This document shows positions 1 to 8,752 of a stretch of DNA of 32,000 nt, one piece after another (the first letter of the stretch is position 1; every line of letters starts with the position of its first letter). This DNA comes from Acaryochloris marina MBIC11017 (GTDB lineage Bacteria > Cyanobacteriota > Cyanobacteriia > Thermosynechococcales > Thermosynechococcaceae). Made by a program: the position numbers and the translations under genes. Location of the stretch: assembly GCF_000018105.1 (NCBI RefSeq), contig NC_009925.1, forward strand, positions 2,730,001-2,762,000, written 5' to 3'. The notes below the pieces were generated by a model, which had not been told where the DNA came from, did no database searches, and saw nothing but the letters and a program-made list of their open reading frames with translations.

Positions 1-158
1 TTTTATCCGCACTCAACACAGCTAAATAGAAGCCATCCAGTAAGTCTCTACAAGCAAGACCGGGAAGCAAATAAGAACCGTTCTTAGTTTGCGGTATAGT
101 GATTGGGGTGTAACTGGATTTATACCGTAGATACACTCATTTTTTTGCACGCAGTCGA

Positions 159-194
159 TTGATCTTTGCAAATTCTGATATCTACAAAGATCAA
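159..194. promoter_or_regulatory. Perfect 10-bp inverted repeat TTGATCTTTG-N16-CAAAGATCAA upstream of the peroxiredoxin gene; candidate operator
   Basis: Read directly: 159-168 ttgatctttg and 185-194 caaagatcaa. The repeat ends 23 nt before ATG 218, with AGGAG at 203-207 in between. Confidence 0.4.
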
Positions 195-217
195 CATCCT
201 ATAGGAGTAATTTGGTT

Positions 218-826
218 ATGTCGCAACACGAAGCACATGAATGTTTAAGAGTCGGCCAAGCCGCACCTGACTTTACAGCAACGGCTGTTTACGACCAAGA
301 ATTTAGTGAAGTCAAACTCTCCAATTATCGGGGCAAGTACGTCGTCATCTTTTTCTATCCGCTTGATTTCACCTTCGTGTGTCCTACTGAAATTACGGCG
401 TTTAGCGATCGCTATGATGCTTTTAAAGACTTAAATACTGAAGTTCTCGGTATTTCTGTAGACAGCGAATTCTCCCACCTAGCTTGGACCCAGACCGATC
501 GCAAATCTGGAGGAGTCGGCGATCTCAACTACCCCTTGGTTTCGGACATTAAAAAAGAAATTAGCACTGCCTATAACGTTCTAGATCCAGATGCTGGTGT
601 TGCCTTAAGAGGTCTCTTTATCATCGATAAAGAAGGCGTTGTCCAACATGCCACCATTAACAACCTTGCCTTTGGCCGCAATGTTGATGAAACCTTGCGC
701 ACCTTACAGGCAATTCAACATGTTCAGTCTCATCCGGATGAGGTTTGTCCCGCAGGCTGGCAGCCAGGAGACAAGACCATGAACCCTGATCCAGTCAAAT
801 CCAAGGTTTACTTCGAATCTGTCTAA
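218..826 (+). CDS. Typical 2-Cys peroxiredoxin (AhpC/TSA family)
   Basis: Peroxidatic Cys motif FTFVCPTEI and resolving Cys in EVCPAGW near the C-terminus. The ORF track starts at TTG 212, but ATG 218 lies 10 nt after AGGAG. Confidence 0.93.
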   Translation: MSQHEAHECLRVGQAAPDFTATAVYDQEFSEVKLSNYRGKYVVIFFYPLDFTFVCPTEITAFSDRYDAFKDLNTEVLGISVDSEFSHLAWTQTDRKSGGVGDLNYPLVSDIKKEISTAYNVLDPDAGVALRGLFIIDKEGVVQHATINNLAFGRNVDETLRTLQAIQHVQSHPDEVCPAGWQPGDKTMNPDPVKSKVYFESV

Positions 827-855
827 AGATTTAGACAGATTCGTGTTGCCTGATC

Positions 856-892
856 GCCCTCAAATACACAAGCTCCATGAGTATTTGAGGGC
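856..892 (+). terminator. Rho-independent terminator candidate after the peroxiredoxin gene
   Basis: 12-bp perfect stem GCCCTCAAATAC (856-867) / GTATTTGAGGGC (881-892) with a 13-nt loop, followed by the T-rich tatgttatt. Confidence 0.6.
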
Positions 893-985
893 TATGTTAT
901 TGGCACTTCCCAGATCCTATACACTCTGGCTTTGGCACGATTATTGATCCGTTTCAACCGCTAGATATGAGGGTTACCCGACGCT

Positions 986-1990
986 TCAATTCTCAGAATT
1001 GGATGCTTGGACAACTTCTCTAACCCGGTAGATGGGACGGCTTTGGGACTCATGGTAGGTTCGCATCAGCAGTTCAGCCAGGAGCCCGATGGAAAAAAGT
1101 TGAATTCCAGTCAATAGCAACACAGCAGATAAGATCAGCAAGGGACGATCTGCAATTCCTTCGTTGAGGCCGTACTTTAAAAATACTAAGTAGCCGCCTG
1201 TTAATACTCCTAACCCAGTAAAGGTAATCCCCAACAGTCCAAAGACATGCATAGGACGGGTTAAAAAGGTTTTCATAAAAGAGACGGTTAGCAAATCCAT
1301 GACGACCCGAAAGGTCCGATCCAGGCCATACTTACTTTGGCCAAATTGACGAGCATGATGGCGTACAGGCAGCTCTGCAATTCTGGCACCTTCAATAAAA
1401 GCTAATGCTGGTAAAAATCGGTGTAATTCTCCATACAGGTTCATATCAGCAATCAGCTCTGCTCGATAAGCCTTCAGAGAACAACCATAGTCGTTCAGCT
1501 TAACCCCTGTAATCCACCCAATCACCAAGTTAGCAATCTTAGATGGGAGCAGGCGCGTCAATGCGGCATCTTGTCGCTCTTTCCGCCAACCACTGACTAA
1601 ATCAAAGCCTTCACTCATTTTGGCCAGCAGTAGCGGAATATCGGCTGGCTCATTTTGCAAGTCACCATCCAGGGTGACAAAAATCTTACCTTGGGCATGG
1701 TTGAACCCTGCGGACATAGCCGCCGTTTGTCCATAATTTCGGCGCAACACAACTCCCCGTAGCTGGGGGTATAGATCCACCTGTTTCCTTAACAACTCGG
1801 TCGTACCATCCACCGAGCCATCATCGACACAAATGATTTCGTAGGATACATGCGTTTCATCCAGGGTATCTGAAATCCTACGAATGAGATGCTCCAGGCT
1901 TTCGACCTCATTATAGATGGGTATAATGACCGAGATTTCGGGCTGAGTGATCTTGGCTTTTTGGTCTTGCATTAGCATGGGTAATTTCAT
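986..1990 (-). CDS. GT2 family polyprenol-phosphate glycosyltransferase (GtrB/ArnC/Dpm1-like)
   Basis: VIIPIYNE and CVDDGSVDGT motifs, DXD-type LDGDLQN, and two C-terminal hydrophobic helices typical of this subfamily. Confidence 0.85.
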   Translation of the reverse strand: MKLPMLMQDQKAKITQPEISVIIPIYNEVESLEHLIRRISDTLDETHVSYEIICVDDGSVDGTTELLRKQVDLYPQLRGVVLRRNYGQTAAMSAGFNHAQGKIFVTLDGDLQNEPADIPLLLAKMSEGFDLVSGWRKERQDAALTRLLPSKIANLVIGWITGVKLNDYGCSLKAYRAELIADMNLYGELHRFLPALAFIEGARIAELPVRHHARQFGQSKYGLDRTFRVVMDLLTVSFMKTFLTRPMHVFGLLGITFTGLGVLTGGYLVFLKYGLNEGIADRPLLILSAVLLLTGIQLFSIGLLAELLMRTYHESQSRPIYRVREVVQASNSEN

Positions 1991-2255
1991 CTCACTCGCT
2001 ATTCATTAACTCACTTCAGAGGATTTCATTCAAGAAAACTGCCAAGAACGGTATTTAAAGCATTTTTTGCAACTTACCGACGAAGATAAAGCTCAAATAC
2101 CTTCTATAACTAACATTATTTAGGACCAATACTCGCCTCTTTTAGAAGGTAAACTTGGAAAGAATACTTGGGCACTCAATTTTTAATATCGCCAAAGAAC
2201 ATTGATTAAGGCCTTTTTACCTGAAGGCTTAACACCTTTCATCTTCGAGAACCGC

Positions 2256-2840
2256 ATGAGGATCCTACTCTTAGCTCCACATCCATTTTTCCAGACCCGT
2301 GGTACACCGATCGCAGTTGATCTTATGCTCAGAGTGCTATCAGAGCGGGGAGATCAGATTGACATGCTGACTTTTCCAGAAGGGGATGATGTCGTTTATG
2401 ACAACGTGCGGATCTACCGGACTCCCAAATTACCATTTATTAAAAATATCAGTCCAGGTTTTTCTGGGAAAAAACTGGTCTGTGATGGTTTTATGCTGAT
2501 TCAGGCTATTAACCTTTGCTGGAAGTATAAATATGATATCGTTCATTCGGTTGAAGAATCAGCTTTTATTGCGTTAGTGCTGAAAGTCGTGTTTAGAACA
2601 CCCTATATCTATGATATGGACTCATCCTTGGCACAGCAAATGATTGAGAAGTTTGCATTTCTCTCCTCTTTACGGTTTCTCTTCAATGCGTTTGAAAGAC
2701 TAGCCGTTCGACAAGCCAAAGTGGTGATACCCGTTTGCGAAACCTTATCTGAAGATATTCAAGTCTACCAACCGAAGAGAGTGGTTGTTTTACCAGACAT
2801 TTCGCTTTTAGATTACTCTGCCCCAAATAACAAGGCATAA
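2256..2840 (+). CDS. GT4 (GT-B fold) glycosyltransferase, N-terminal acceptor domain only
   Basis: MRILLLAPHPFFQTRGTPIAV is a typical GT4 N-domain start. The ORF ends at TAA 2838-2840 exactly where the interdomain linker is expected. The track start TTG 2202 is probably too far upstream. Confidence 0.7.
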   Translation: MRILLLAPHPFFQTRGTPIAVDLMLRVLSERGDQIDMLTFPEGDDVVYDNVRIYRTPKLPFIKNISPGFSGKKLVCDGFMLIQAINLCWKYKYDIVHSVEESAFIALVLKVVFRTPYIYDMDSSLAQQMIEKFAFLSSLRFLFNAFERLAVRQAKVVIPVCETLSEDIQVYQPKRVVVLPDISLLDYSAPNNKA

Positions 2841-2862
2841 CTGATGAACAGAATCATCTGCA

Positions 2863-3507
2863 GTGATGAAATATCACTCGGCCAATATGAATAATATCCC
2901 TGAAAATATCAGAGCGCACTGTCAGCCTGATGAGCTTATTCTAATGTACATTGGCAATTTAGAACTTTACCAGGGGATTGATTTGCTGCTGGATGGTTTT
3001 AAATCAGCTCAAAATCTCGCCCTGAAGGTTGCTTTAAAACTTGTCATTATTGGCGGCAAAGATGGCGACATTGCAAAATATAAGTTAAAAACGAAAAATA
3101 TTGGCATTGACCACCAAGTTTTATTTTTAGGGCAGCGCTCGGTCGAGAATCTCGGCCACTATCTTGCTCAAGCAGACATTCTGCTCTCCCCTCGCATTAA
3201 AGGGAGAAACACCCCAATGAAATTGTATTCTTACCTTGATAGCGGCAAGCCCGTCTTAGCCACAGATTTGCCAACACACAATTGGGTTCTGGATAAAGAG
3301 GTTGCGGTGTTAAGCGCGCCTAATCCCGAAGCGTTTGCTCAAGGAATCCTCTACCTCGCCAACAACCCTCAAGTTCGGCAAACTCTCGCCGTTGCCGCCA
3401 AGCATATGGTGCAAAAGCGGCACTCGTTTACGGCTTATAAGCAAAAATTGAATAGCTTATATGATTCATTACAGTTAGAGTTTAACAATGCTGCCTCACC
3501 TCGCTAA
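2863..3507 (+). CDS. GT4 (GT-B fold) glycosyltransferase, C-terminal donor-binding domain only
   Basis: LILMYIGNLELYQGIDLL, LVIIGG, and ADILLSPRIKGRNTPMKLYSYLDSGKPVLATDL (Glycos_transf_1-like). It is in a different frame from the upstream half. Confidence 0.7.
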   Translation: MMKYHSANMNNIPENIRAHCQPDELILMYIGNLELYQGIDLLLDGFKSAQNLALKVALKLVIIGGKDGDIAKYKLKTKNIGIDHQVLFLGQRSVENLGHYLAQADILLSPRIKGRNTPMKLYSYLDSGKPVLATDLPTHNWVLDKEVAVLSAPNPEAFAQGILYLANNPQVRQTLAVAAKHMVQKRHSFTAYKQKLNSLYDSLQLEFNNAASPR

Positions 3508-3550
3508 CATGCTCTACTTCCAGCCCCAGCGCTAGGATGCCACTGATTTT

Positions 3551-5260
3551 ATGAAACGAAATTTAGAGGAATTATCTAACACTAAATTTGACGTCCTCGT
3601 CATAGGCGGCGGCATTTATGGAGCTTGTGTCGCCTATGAAGCAACCTTAAGAGGCCTGTCCGTTGCATTAGTGGAAAAACAAGATTTTTGTGGGGCGACC
3701 TCCGCAAATAGTCTAAAAACCATCCACGGAGGCTTACGCTATCTACAGCATGCTGACTTTAAACGGATGCGCGAGTCTATCTACGAGCGGCGCACCTTAA
3801 TGAAAATTGCCCCTCACCTCATACATCCCTTGCCTGTATTGGTGCCCACCTACGGCCATGGATTGAAAGGCATAGAAGCGATGACGGTGGCCCTGAAAAT
3901 TAATGATTTAGTGAGTTGCGATCGCAACCTCGGCTTGCCCGATCCTCAAAAGCACATTCCGACGGGTCAAACCCTATCCCCCACAGAATGTCTCAACACC
4001 TTACCCGGTATCTCCGCCGATGGCTTAACAGGTGGTGCTATCTTTCACGATGCTCAGGTCTACAATTCTGAACGTTTGGTGCTTGCCTATTTACAGTCTG
4101 CCACTCAACTCGGATTACAAGCCGCCAACTATTTGGAAGTCACTGGTTTTTTACAAACTGGCTCTACCATTTGTGGCGTGCAAGTGACAGATGCTTTAAC
4201 AGCAGACACCTTTGATATTCAGGCTAAAGCGATCATTAATACCAGCGGCCCCTGGATTAATCAAGTCCTTGGACTCCTCAAGCCGCCTCTTACAAATCAT
4301 CAGCCCTTTGCATTAGCCATGAACTTGGTCACTCGATCGCTCTTTGATCATGACTACGCCATCGGCCTCTACAGCAAGGCTGACTACACAGATAAAGATG
4401 CCATTCTCAAGCGCAAGAATCGGTTACTCTTCATCGCACCTTGGCAAGGGTGTTCTCTCATAGGTACAACCTACTCCCACTACCCTGGAACTCCCGATCA
4501 GTTATCAGTACCCCAGAACGAAGTGCAACACTTGCTGGATGACATCAATAATGCCTATCCACCCGCAAACCTAACCCCTCAGGATGTGTATTGGGTACAT
4601 CAAGGTCTACTGCCCAGTAGCCACTCCCAAGAGACGACTAATGTCCAATTAACCAAGCATTACCACGTTCAGGATTATCAAAAAGAAGGTTTCAACGGCC
4701 TTATCTCCGTTACCGGAGTGAAGTATACAACTGCTAGACACGTCGCCATCCATGCCGTTGATACTGCAGTAGCCATGTTACAAAAGCCAGTTACACTCTC
4801 CCAATCGGCTCAACACCCCTTACAGGGTGGAGCGATTGAAAACCTCAGCGAATTCTTGCAACACGGACAAAAGCAACTAGACCACATCACTGATTGTCAG
4901 TCCGTCCAGCATTTTCTCTACAATTACGGCACAACCTATTCATCCGTTCTTAAACAGGTTCAGCACGGTCAACGGGCCACCTCACAACTAGATCTACTAC
5001 AAGCACAAGTCACCTATGCAATTGAAGAAGAAATGGCGCACACTCTAAGCGACGTTATCTTTAGACGCACGGGTATCGGTGGGGCCCAAATGCCAACCCC
5101 TGCAGAGTTGCAAACTTGCGCAGATGTTATGTCAAAGACCCTGCTGTGGAGTCAGTCTAGAGTAGAACAAGAAATCTCAGACGTGACATCTAGGTGGTCT
5201 TGGTCTATTCCTAAACCACCCTCAGTGGGAGAACAAACAGCAACTATTCAGGGAATATAG
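3551..5260 (+). CDS. FAD-dependent oxidoreductase, glycerol-3-phosphate dehydrogenase/oxidase (GlpD/GlpO)-like
   Basis: N-terminal FAD fold DVLVIGGGIYGACVAYEATLRGLSVALVEKQDF, then SANSLKTIHGGLRYL. The C-terminal FRRTGIG segment resembles the GlpD C-domain. Confidence 0.8.
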   Translation: MKRNLEELSNTKFDVLVIGGGIYGACVAYEATLRGLSVALVEKQDFCGATSANSLKTIHGGLRYLQHADFKRMRESIYERRTLMKIAPHLIHPLPVLVPTYGHGLKGIEAMTVALKINDLVSCDRNLGLPDPQKHIPTGQTLSPTECLNTLPGISADGLTGGAIFHDAQVYNSERLVLAYLQSATQLGLQAANYLEVTGFLQTGSTICGVQVTDALTADTFDIQAKAIINTSGPWINQVLGLLKPPLTNHQPFALAMNLVTRSLFDHDYAIGLYSKADYTDKDAILKRKNRLLFIAPWQGCSLIGTTYSHYPGTPDQLSVPQNEVQHLLDDINNAYPPANLTPQDVYWVHQGLLPSSHSQETTNVQLTKHYHVQDYQKEGFNGLISVTGVKYTTARHVAIHAVDTAVAMLQKPVTLSQSAQHPLQGGAIENLSEFLQHGQKQLDHITDCQSVQHFLYNYGTTYSSVLKQVQHGQRATSQLDLLQAQVTYAIEEEMAHTLSDVIFRRTGIGGAQMPTPAELQTCADVMSKTLLWSQSRVEQEISDVTSRWSWSIPKPPSVGEQTATIQGI

Positions 5261-5262
5261 CT

Positions 5263-5802
5263 ATGCCTTCTCCCATTGCTCACTCAGCAACCGCATATTT
5301 CCTATACAAAATCACACCTCAGAAAAATCGCTCTATAAAATTAGATCGACATCATTTTATTGATCTTGCCTACGTCATCGTCATTGGAAACATCGCTGAT
5401 TTAGACTTTATTCCGCATCTAATCTTAGAGGGAAGTTTTCACCGAGGTCCTTCCCATAGTCTCTGCATTGCCTTACTGATCAGTCTAGGCTGTAGCCTTA
5501 TTTTCAAATGGTTCCATAAATCAACCTTCCGACGATGGTTTTTACTCACGATTGGAATCTATGTCTCTCATCTTGTTCTAGATTTCTGGACAGCCGGAGG
5601 CTCTGGGATGCAATTACTCTGGCCTTTTACAGATGCTTTTATCAAATCGCCAATTGCTTTTTTCCCTAGTGTTAGGCATTCTGAAGGACTATTCTATCCA
5701 GGTCATATCTTCTTTATCACCTTTGAGACAATTTACAGTATCGTTCTACTGCTATTCATTAATCGATACCAAAAATATAAACGACCAAATCAAAATACTT
5801 AA
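5263..5802 (+). CDS. Membrane-bound metal-dependent hydrolase (DUF457/YdjM-like)
   Basis: N-terminal PSPIAHS, an HRGPSHS motif and several hydrophobic helices. It starts 3 nt after the preceding stop. Confidence 0.7.
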   Translation: MPSPIAHSATAYFLYKITPQKNRSIKLDRHHFIDLAYVIVIGNIADLDFIPHLILEGSFHRGPSHSLCIALLISLGCSLIFKWFHKSTFRRWFLLTIGIYVSHLVLDFWTAGGSGMQLLWPFTDAFIKSPIAFFPSVRHSEGLFYPGHIFFITFETIYSIVLLLFINRYQKYKRPNQNT

Positions 5803-5838
5803 ACCCTCAAAACAATATTGAAATCCAGATAGTCTCTA

Positions 5839-6690
5839 GTGAATATGCACGACTCACAACCATCCCTGATCTTTGTCGATGCCCATGTGCACCTGCATCA
5901 CTGTTTTGCCATACAAACAGTGCTCGATTCAGCATTACGGAATTTCCAAGATAATGTCTCAAACATGACGACCAACTTACAGCATCAACTTGGGGTTCTA
6001 GTCATCAATGAGATAGGACAACAGAATTCATTTGCACAATTACGAGCAGACGTATCTCACCAACAAGCGATCACCCTTAATGACTGGACCTTACAAGTCA
6101 CACCTGAACAAGAGTCACTAGTCGCTCAACATTCCACCGGTCAGCAAATTCTGCTTATTGTGGGCCGTCAAATCGTCACCAGCGAAAAGATCGAAGTCTT
6201 ATCACTCTTTTCAAGTACGACCATCCCTGAGCAGCAATCCTTAGAAAAAACACTACTCAATATACGTACGGCCGGGGGGTTAGCAGTCCTGCCTTGGGGA
6301 TTTGGTAAATGGTTTGGGAAACGAGGTAAGTTAGTTAATCAAGTGATCCAAGACAGGAATCCAACTGAGATTTTGATCGGCGACAACGGCAATCGGCCCG
6401 GTTTTTGGATTAATCCCGTGTATCTAAATAAAGCGAAAAAAAAGGGCATCAAGGTATTACCAGGGACAGATCCCTTACCTTTAGCCACAGAAGTACACCG
6501 TCCTGGAAGTTTCGGGTTCTATACTCAAGGGATAATTGAACCCAACCGTCCTGCAGCTTGTCTCAAGCAAATACTGATAGATCCAAACGCCAGTATTCAC
6601 CCCTATGGATCGCTGGAAACACCATTTCGCTTTATTAATAATCAAATTCAATTTAGACTGCAAAAGAAAAAAAGCAAAGCAGTTGAATAA
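5839..6690 (+). CDS. Hypothetical protein with an N-terminal HxH metal-site-like motif (FVDAHVHLHH)
   Basis: Long ORF in operon context. The HxH motif recalls amidohydrolase/PHP-type hydrolases, but I cannot assign a family. ATG 5845 is an alternative start. Confidence 0.55.
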   Translation: MNMHDSQPSLIFVDAHVHLHHCFAIQTVLDSALRNFQDNVSNMTTNLQHQLGVLVINEIGQQNSFAQLRADVSHQQAITLNDWTLQVTPEQESLVAQHSTGQQILLIVGRQIVTSEKIEVLSLFSSTTIPEQQSLEKTLLNIRTAGGLAVLPWGFGKWFGKRGKLVNQVIQDRNPTEILIGDNGNRPGFWINPVYLNKAKKKGIKVLPGTDPLPLATEVHRPGSFGFYTQGIIEPNRPAACLKQILIDPNASIHPYGSLETPFRFINNQIQFRLQKKKSKAVE

Positions 6691-6829
6691 TGGGGGCAAG
6701 CCCAAAAATTGTTGTACCTATAACGCCTGGAATAGCTGGACCGAATCCTTTCATTTAATCTCAAATAGCAACACACTAGATTGAACGTTAGCCCAAGAAA
6801 ATATCACGCTCTTTTACTCATTAATTAAG

Positions 6830-7561
6830 ATGCAACCGGAGAACAAATTTTTAGAAACAGCAGATATAGAAACATCTTCAGATGACTATGCTTCTCGTTT
6901 TCAAGGGCCAACTGGTGAGTGGCTACTACACATCCAAGAGCAAGCAACCCTTTCTATGCTGACTCAATATCCCAACGCCAGCATTTTAGATGTGGGTGGG
7001 GGACATGGGCAGCTCACCGAAGCCTTAATCAACAAAGGGTTTGCACTCACCGTTTTGGGTAGTAGCCTATCTTGCCAAAACCGTATCAAACCTTATATCG
7101 ACGCTGGACAATGCGAGTTCAAGGTTGGAGATGTTTTAAGCTTGCCGTATCCAGACAACACCTTCGACATTGTCGTTAGTTATCGATTTCTAGCACATGT
7201 GAACCAATGGCAAGCGTTCTTATCTGAGCTAGGACGTGTTGCCAAAACAGCCGTGCTTGTCGATTACCCCACGACTCGTAGCATCAACTACTTATCACCG
7301 CTATTATTCAAATTCAAAAAAGGTGTAGAGGGCAATACTCGGCAATTCATTTGTTACCAAGAGAAAGAGTTATTAGACTTTTGCAGCAGCATTGGGTTAG
7401 AGAAGGACAATCGTCATCCACAATTTTTTTGGCCGATGGTGCTACATCGAATGTTGAAGCAACCTAAAGTTTCAGAACTTTTAGAGAATCCTGTGAAGAA
7501 GCTCGGTTTAACTTACATATGGGGCTCTCCAGTGATTACCAGATTTCATAAAGTGCATTAA
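6830..7561 (+). CDS. Class I SAM-dependent methyltransferase
   Basis: Motif I ILDVGGGHGQL and a post-I acidic/hydrophobic pattern FDIVVSYRFLAH. Confidence 0.8.
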   Translation: MQPENKFLETADIETSSDDYASRFQGPTGEWLLHIQEQATLSMLTQYPNASILDVGGGHGQLTEALINKGFALTVLGSSLSCQNRIKPYIDAGQCEFKVGDVLSLPYPDNTFDIVVSYRFLAHVNQWQAFLSELGRVAKTAVLVDYPTTRSINYLSPLLFKFKKGVEGNTRQFICYQEKELLDFCSSIGLEKDNRHPQFFWPMVLHRMLKQPKVSELLENPVKKLGLTYIWGSPVITRFHKVH

Positions 7562-7619
7562 TCTATTGATGACTCAATTTCATCATTAATCTAACTATCA
7601 ACATCTATATCACTACTGT

Positions 7620-8654
7620 ATGTCTTCAACAACAGCTACCGAGAACACCATTAGTCCTGGTCAACGTGTTTTAGTAACTGGAGCAACTGGCTATACAGGC
7701 AGCACCTTAGTCCAAAAACTGCTAAACCAGAATGTCGAGGTTGTTGCAATAGCTCGTCCATCCTCTGATTTAAGCCGTTGGCAAGATGCGCCCATTCGAT
7801 GGATTCAAGGAGATGTTTTTGATCCAAAGCTCATTCAGGAGGCGATGGAAGGAGTGAACTATATATTTCATATGGTCACCCCATTTCGGGAAGCAAAGTC
7901 ATCTGATGATGTTTATTACAATGTCCATGTTAAAAGTACACAGTTACTAGCGAACGAAGCCTTGAAGCAACCCGACTTCAAGCGCTTTGTTCATATCTCG
8001 ACAATCGGAGTTCATGGACATATCGAAAATCCTCCTGCTGATGAGACCTATAGAACTTCTCCTGGAGATTTATACCAATCCACCAAATTAGAAGGTGAAA
8101 TATGGATCAAGCAATTTGGTGCGGAAACTGGGCTCCCCATAACCATCATTAGACCTGCAGGCATTATCGGTCCTGGCGAAAAGAGACTGCTAAAAATCTA
8201 CAAGATGGTTTGTTCTGGTTTAGTACCTGCCATTGGTAATGGAGGCAACCTACTGCATTTAATTCACGTTGATGATTTGACCAACTGTTTTTTACTAGCA
8301 TCCCAACATCCAAATGCAGTGAATGAAATCTTCATCTGTGGAAATCAAGACTCGATTTCTTTCAAAGAAATGGTCAATCTCATCTCCAAGTACTACCAGA
8401 AAAAAGCCACACTTCTACAACTCCCTTCCGCCCCCTTATTTCTTCTGGGAGATATTCTTGAGTTTGTTTGTAAACCTTTAAATATCGAGCCTCCCATATA
8501 CCGGAGAAGACTTGCCTTTTACACCAAAGATCGGTCATTCAATGTTAACAAGCTTAAATCAAAACTAGGGTTTGTTCCCCAGCATTCAAATGAGCAGTGT
8601 ATTACTGAATTGGCACAGTGGTATTTAGAAGAAGGATGGACAAACATTAGCTAA
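7620..8654 (+). CDS. NAD(P)-dependent epimerase/dehydratase (extended SDR)
   Basis: Rossmann motif VTGATGYTGS, catalytic YQSTK (YxxxK), and a length of about 340 aa. Confidence 0.85.
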   Translation: MSSTTATENTISPGQRVLVTGATGYTGSTLVQKLLNQNVEVVAIARPSSDLSRWQDAPIRWIQGDVFDPKLIQEAMEGVNYIFHMVTPFREAKSSDDVYYNVHVKSTQLLANEALKQPDFKRFVHISTIGVHGHIENPPADETYRTSPGDLYQSTKLEGEIWIKQFGAETGLPITIIRPAGIIGPGEKRLLKIYKMVCSGLVPAIGNGGNLLHLIHVDDLTNCFLLASQHPNAVNEIFICGNQDSISFKEMVNLISKYYQKKATLLQLPSAPLFLLGDILEFVCKPLNIEPPIYRRRLAFYTKDRSFNVNKLKSKLGFVPQHSNEQCITELAQWYLEEGWTNIS

Positions 8655-8752
8655 TTTATACGAGTAGATAAAATTTACTGTTAGAGGTGACATTACGAAA
8701 CTATAATTCTTAGGTATCAATCTAATTAATGTAACACAATATTGTTCTAGTG

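Noticed and set aside
5633-5821. 62-aa plus-strand ORF in an alternative frame of the DUF457 gene
   Set aside because: It is nested in the 3' part of a well-supported CDS, and I recognised no motifs.
6481-6705. 74-aa minus-strand ORF overlapping the 3' end of the 5839-6690 gene
   Set aside because: It lies entirely antisense to a longer, operon-embedded ORF, and its composition is low-complexity and hydrophobic. It is probably a shadow ORF.
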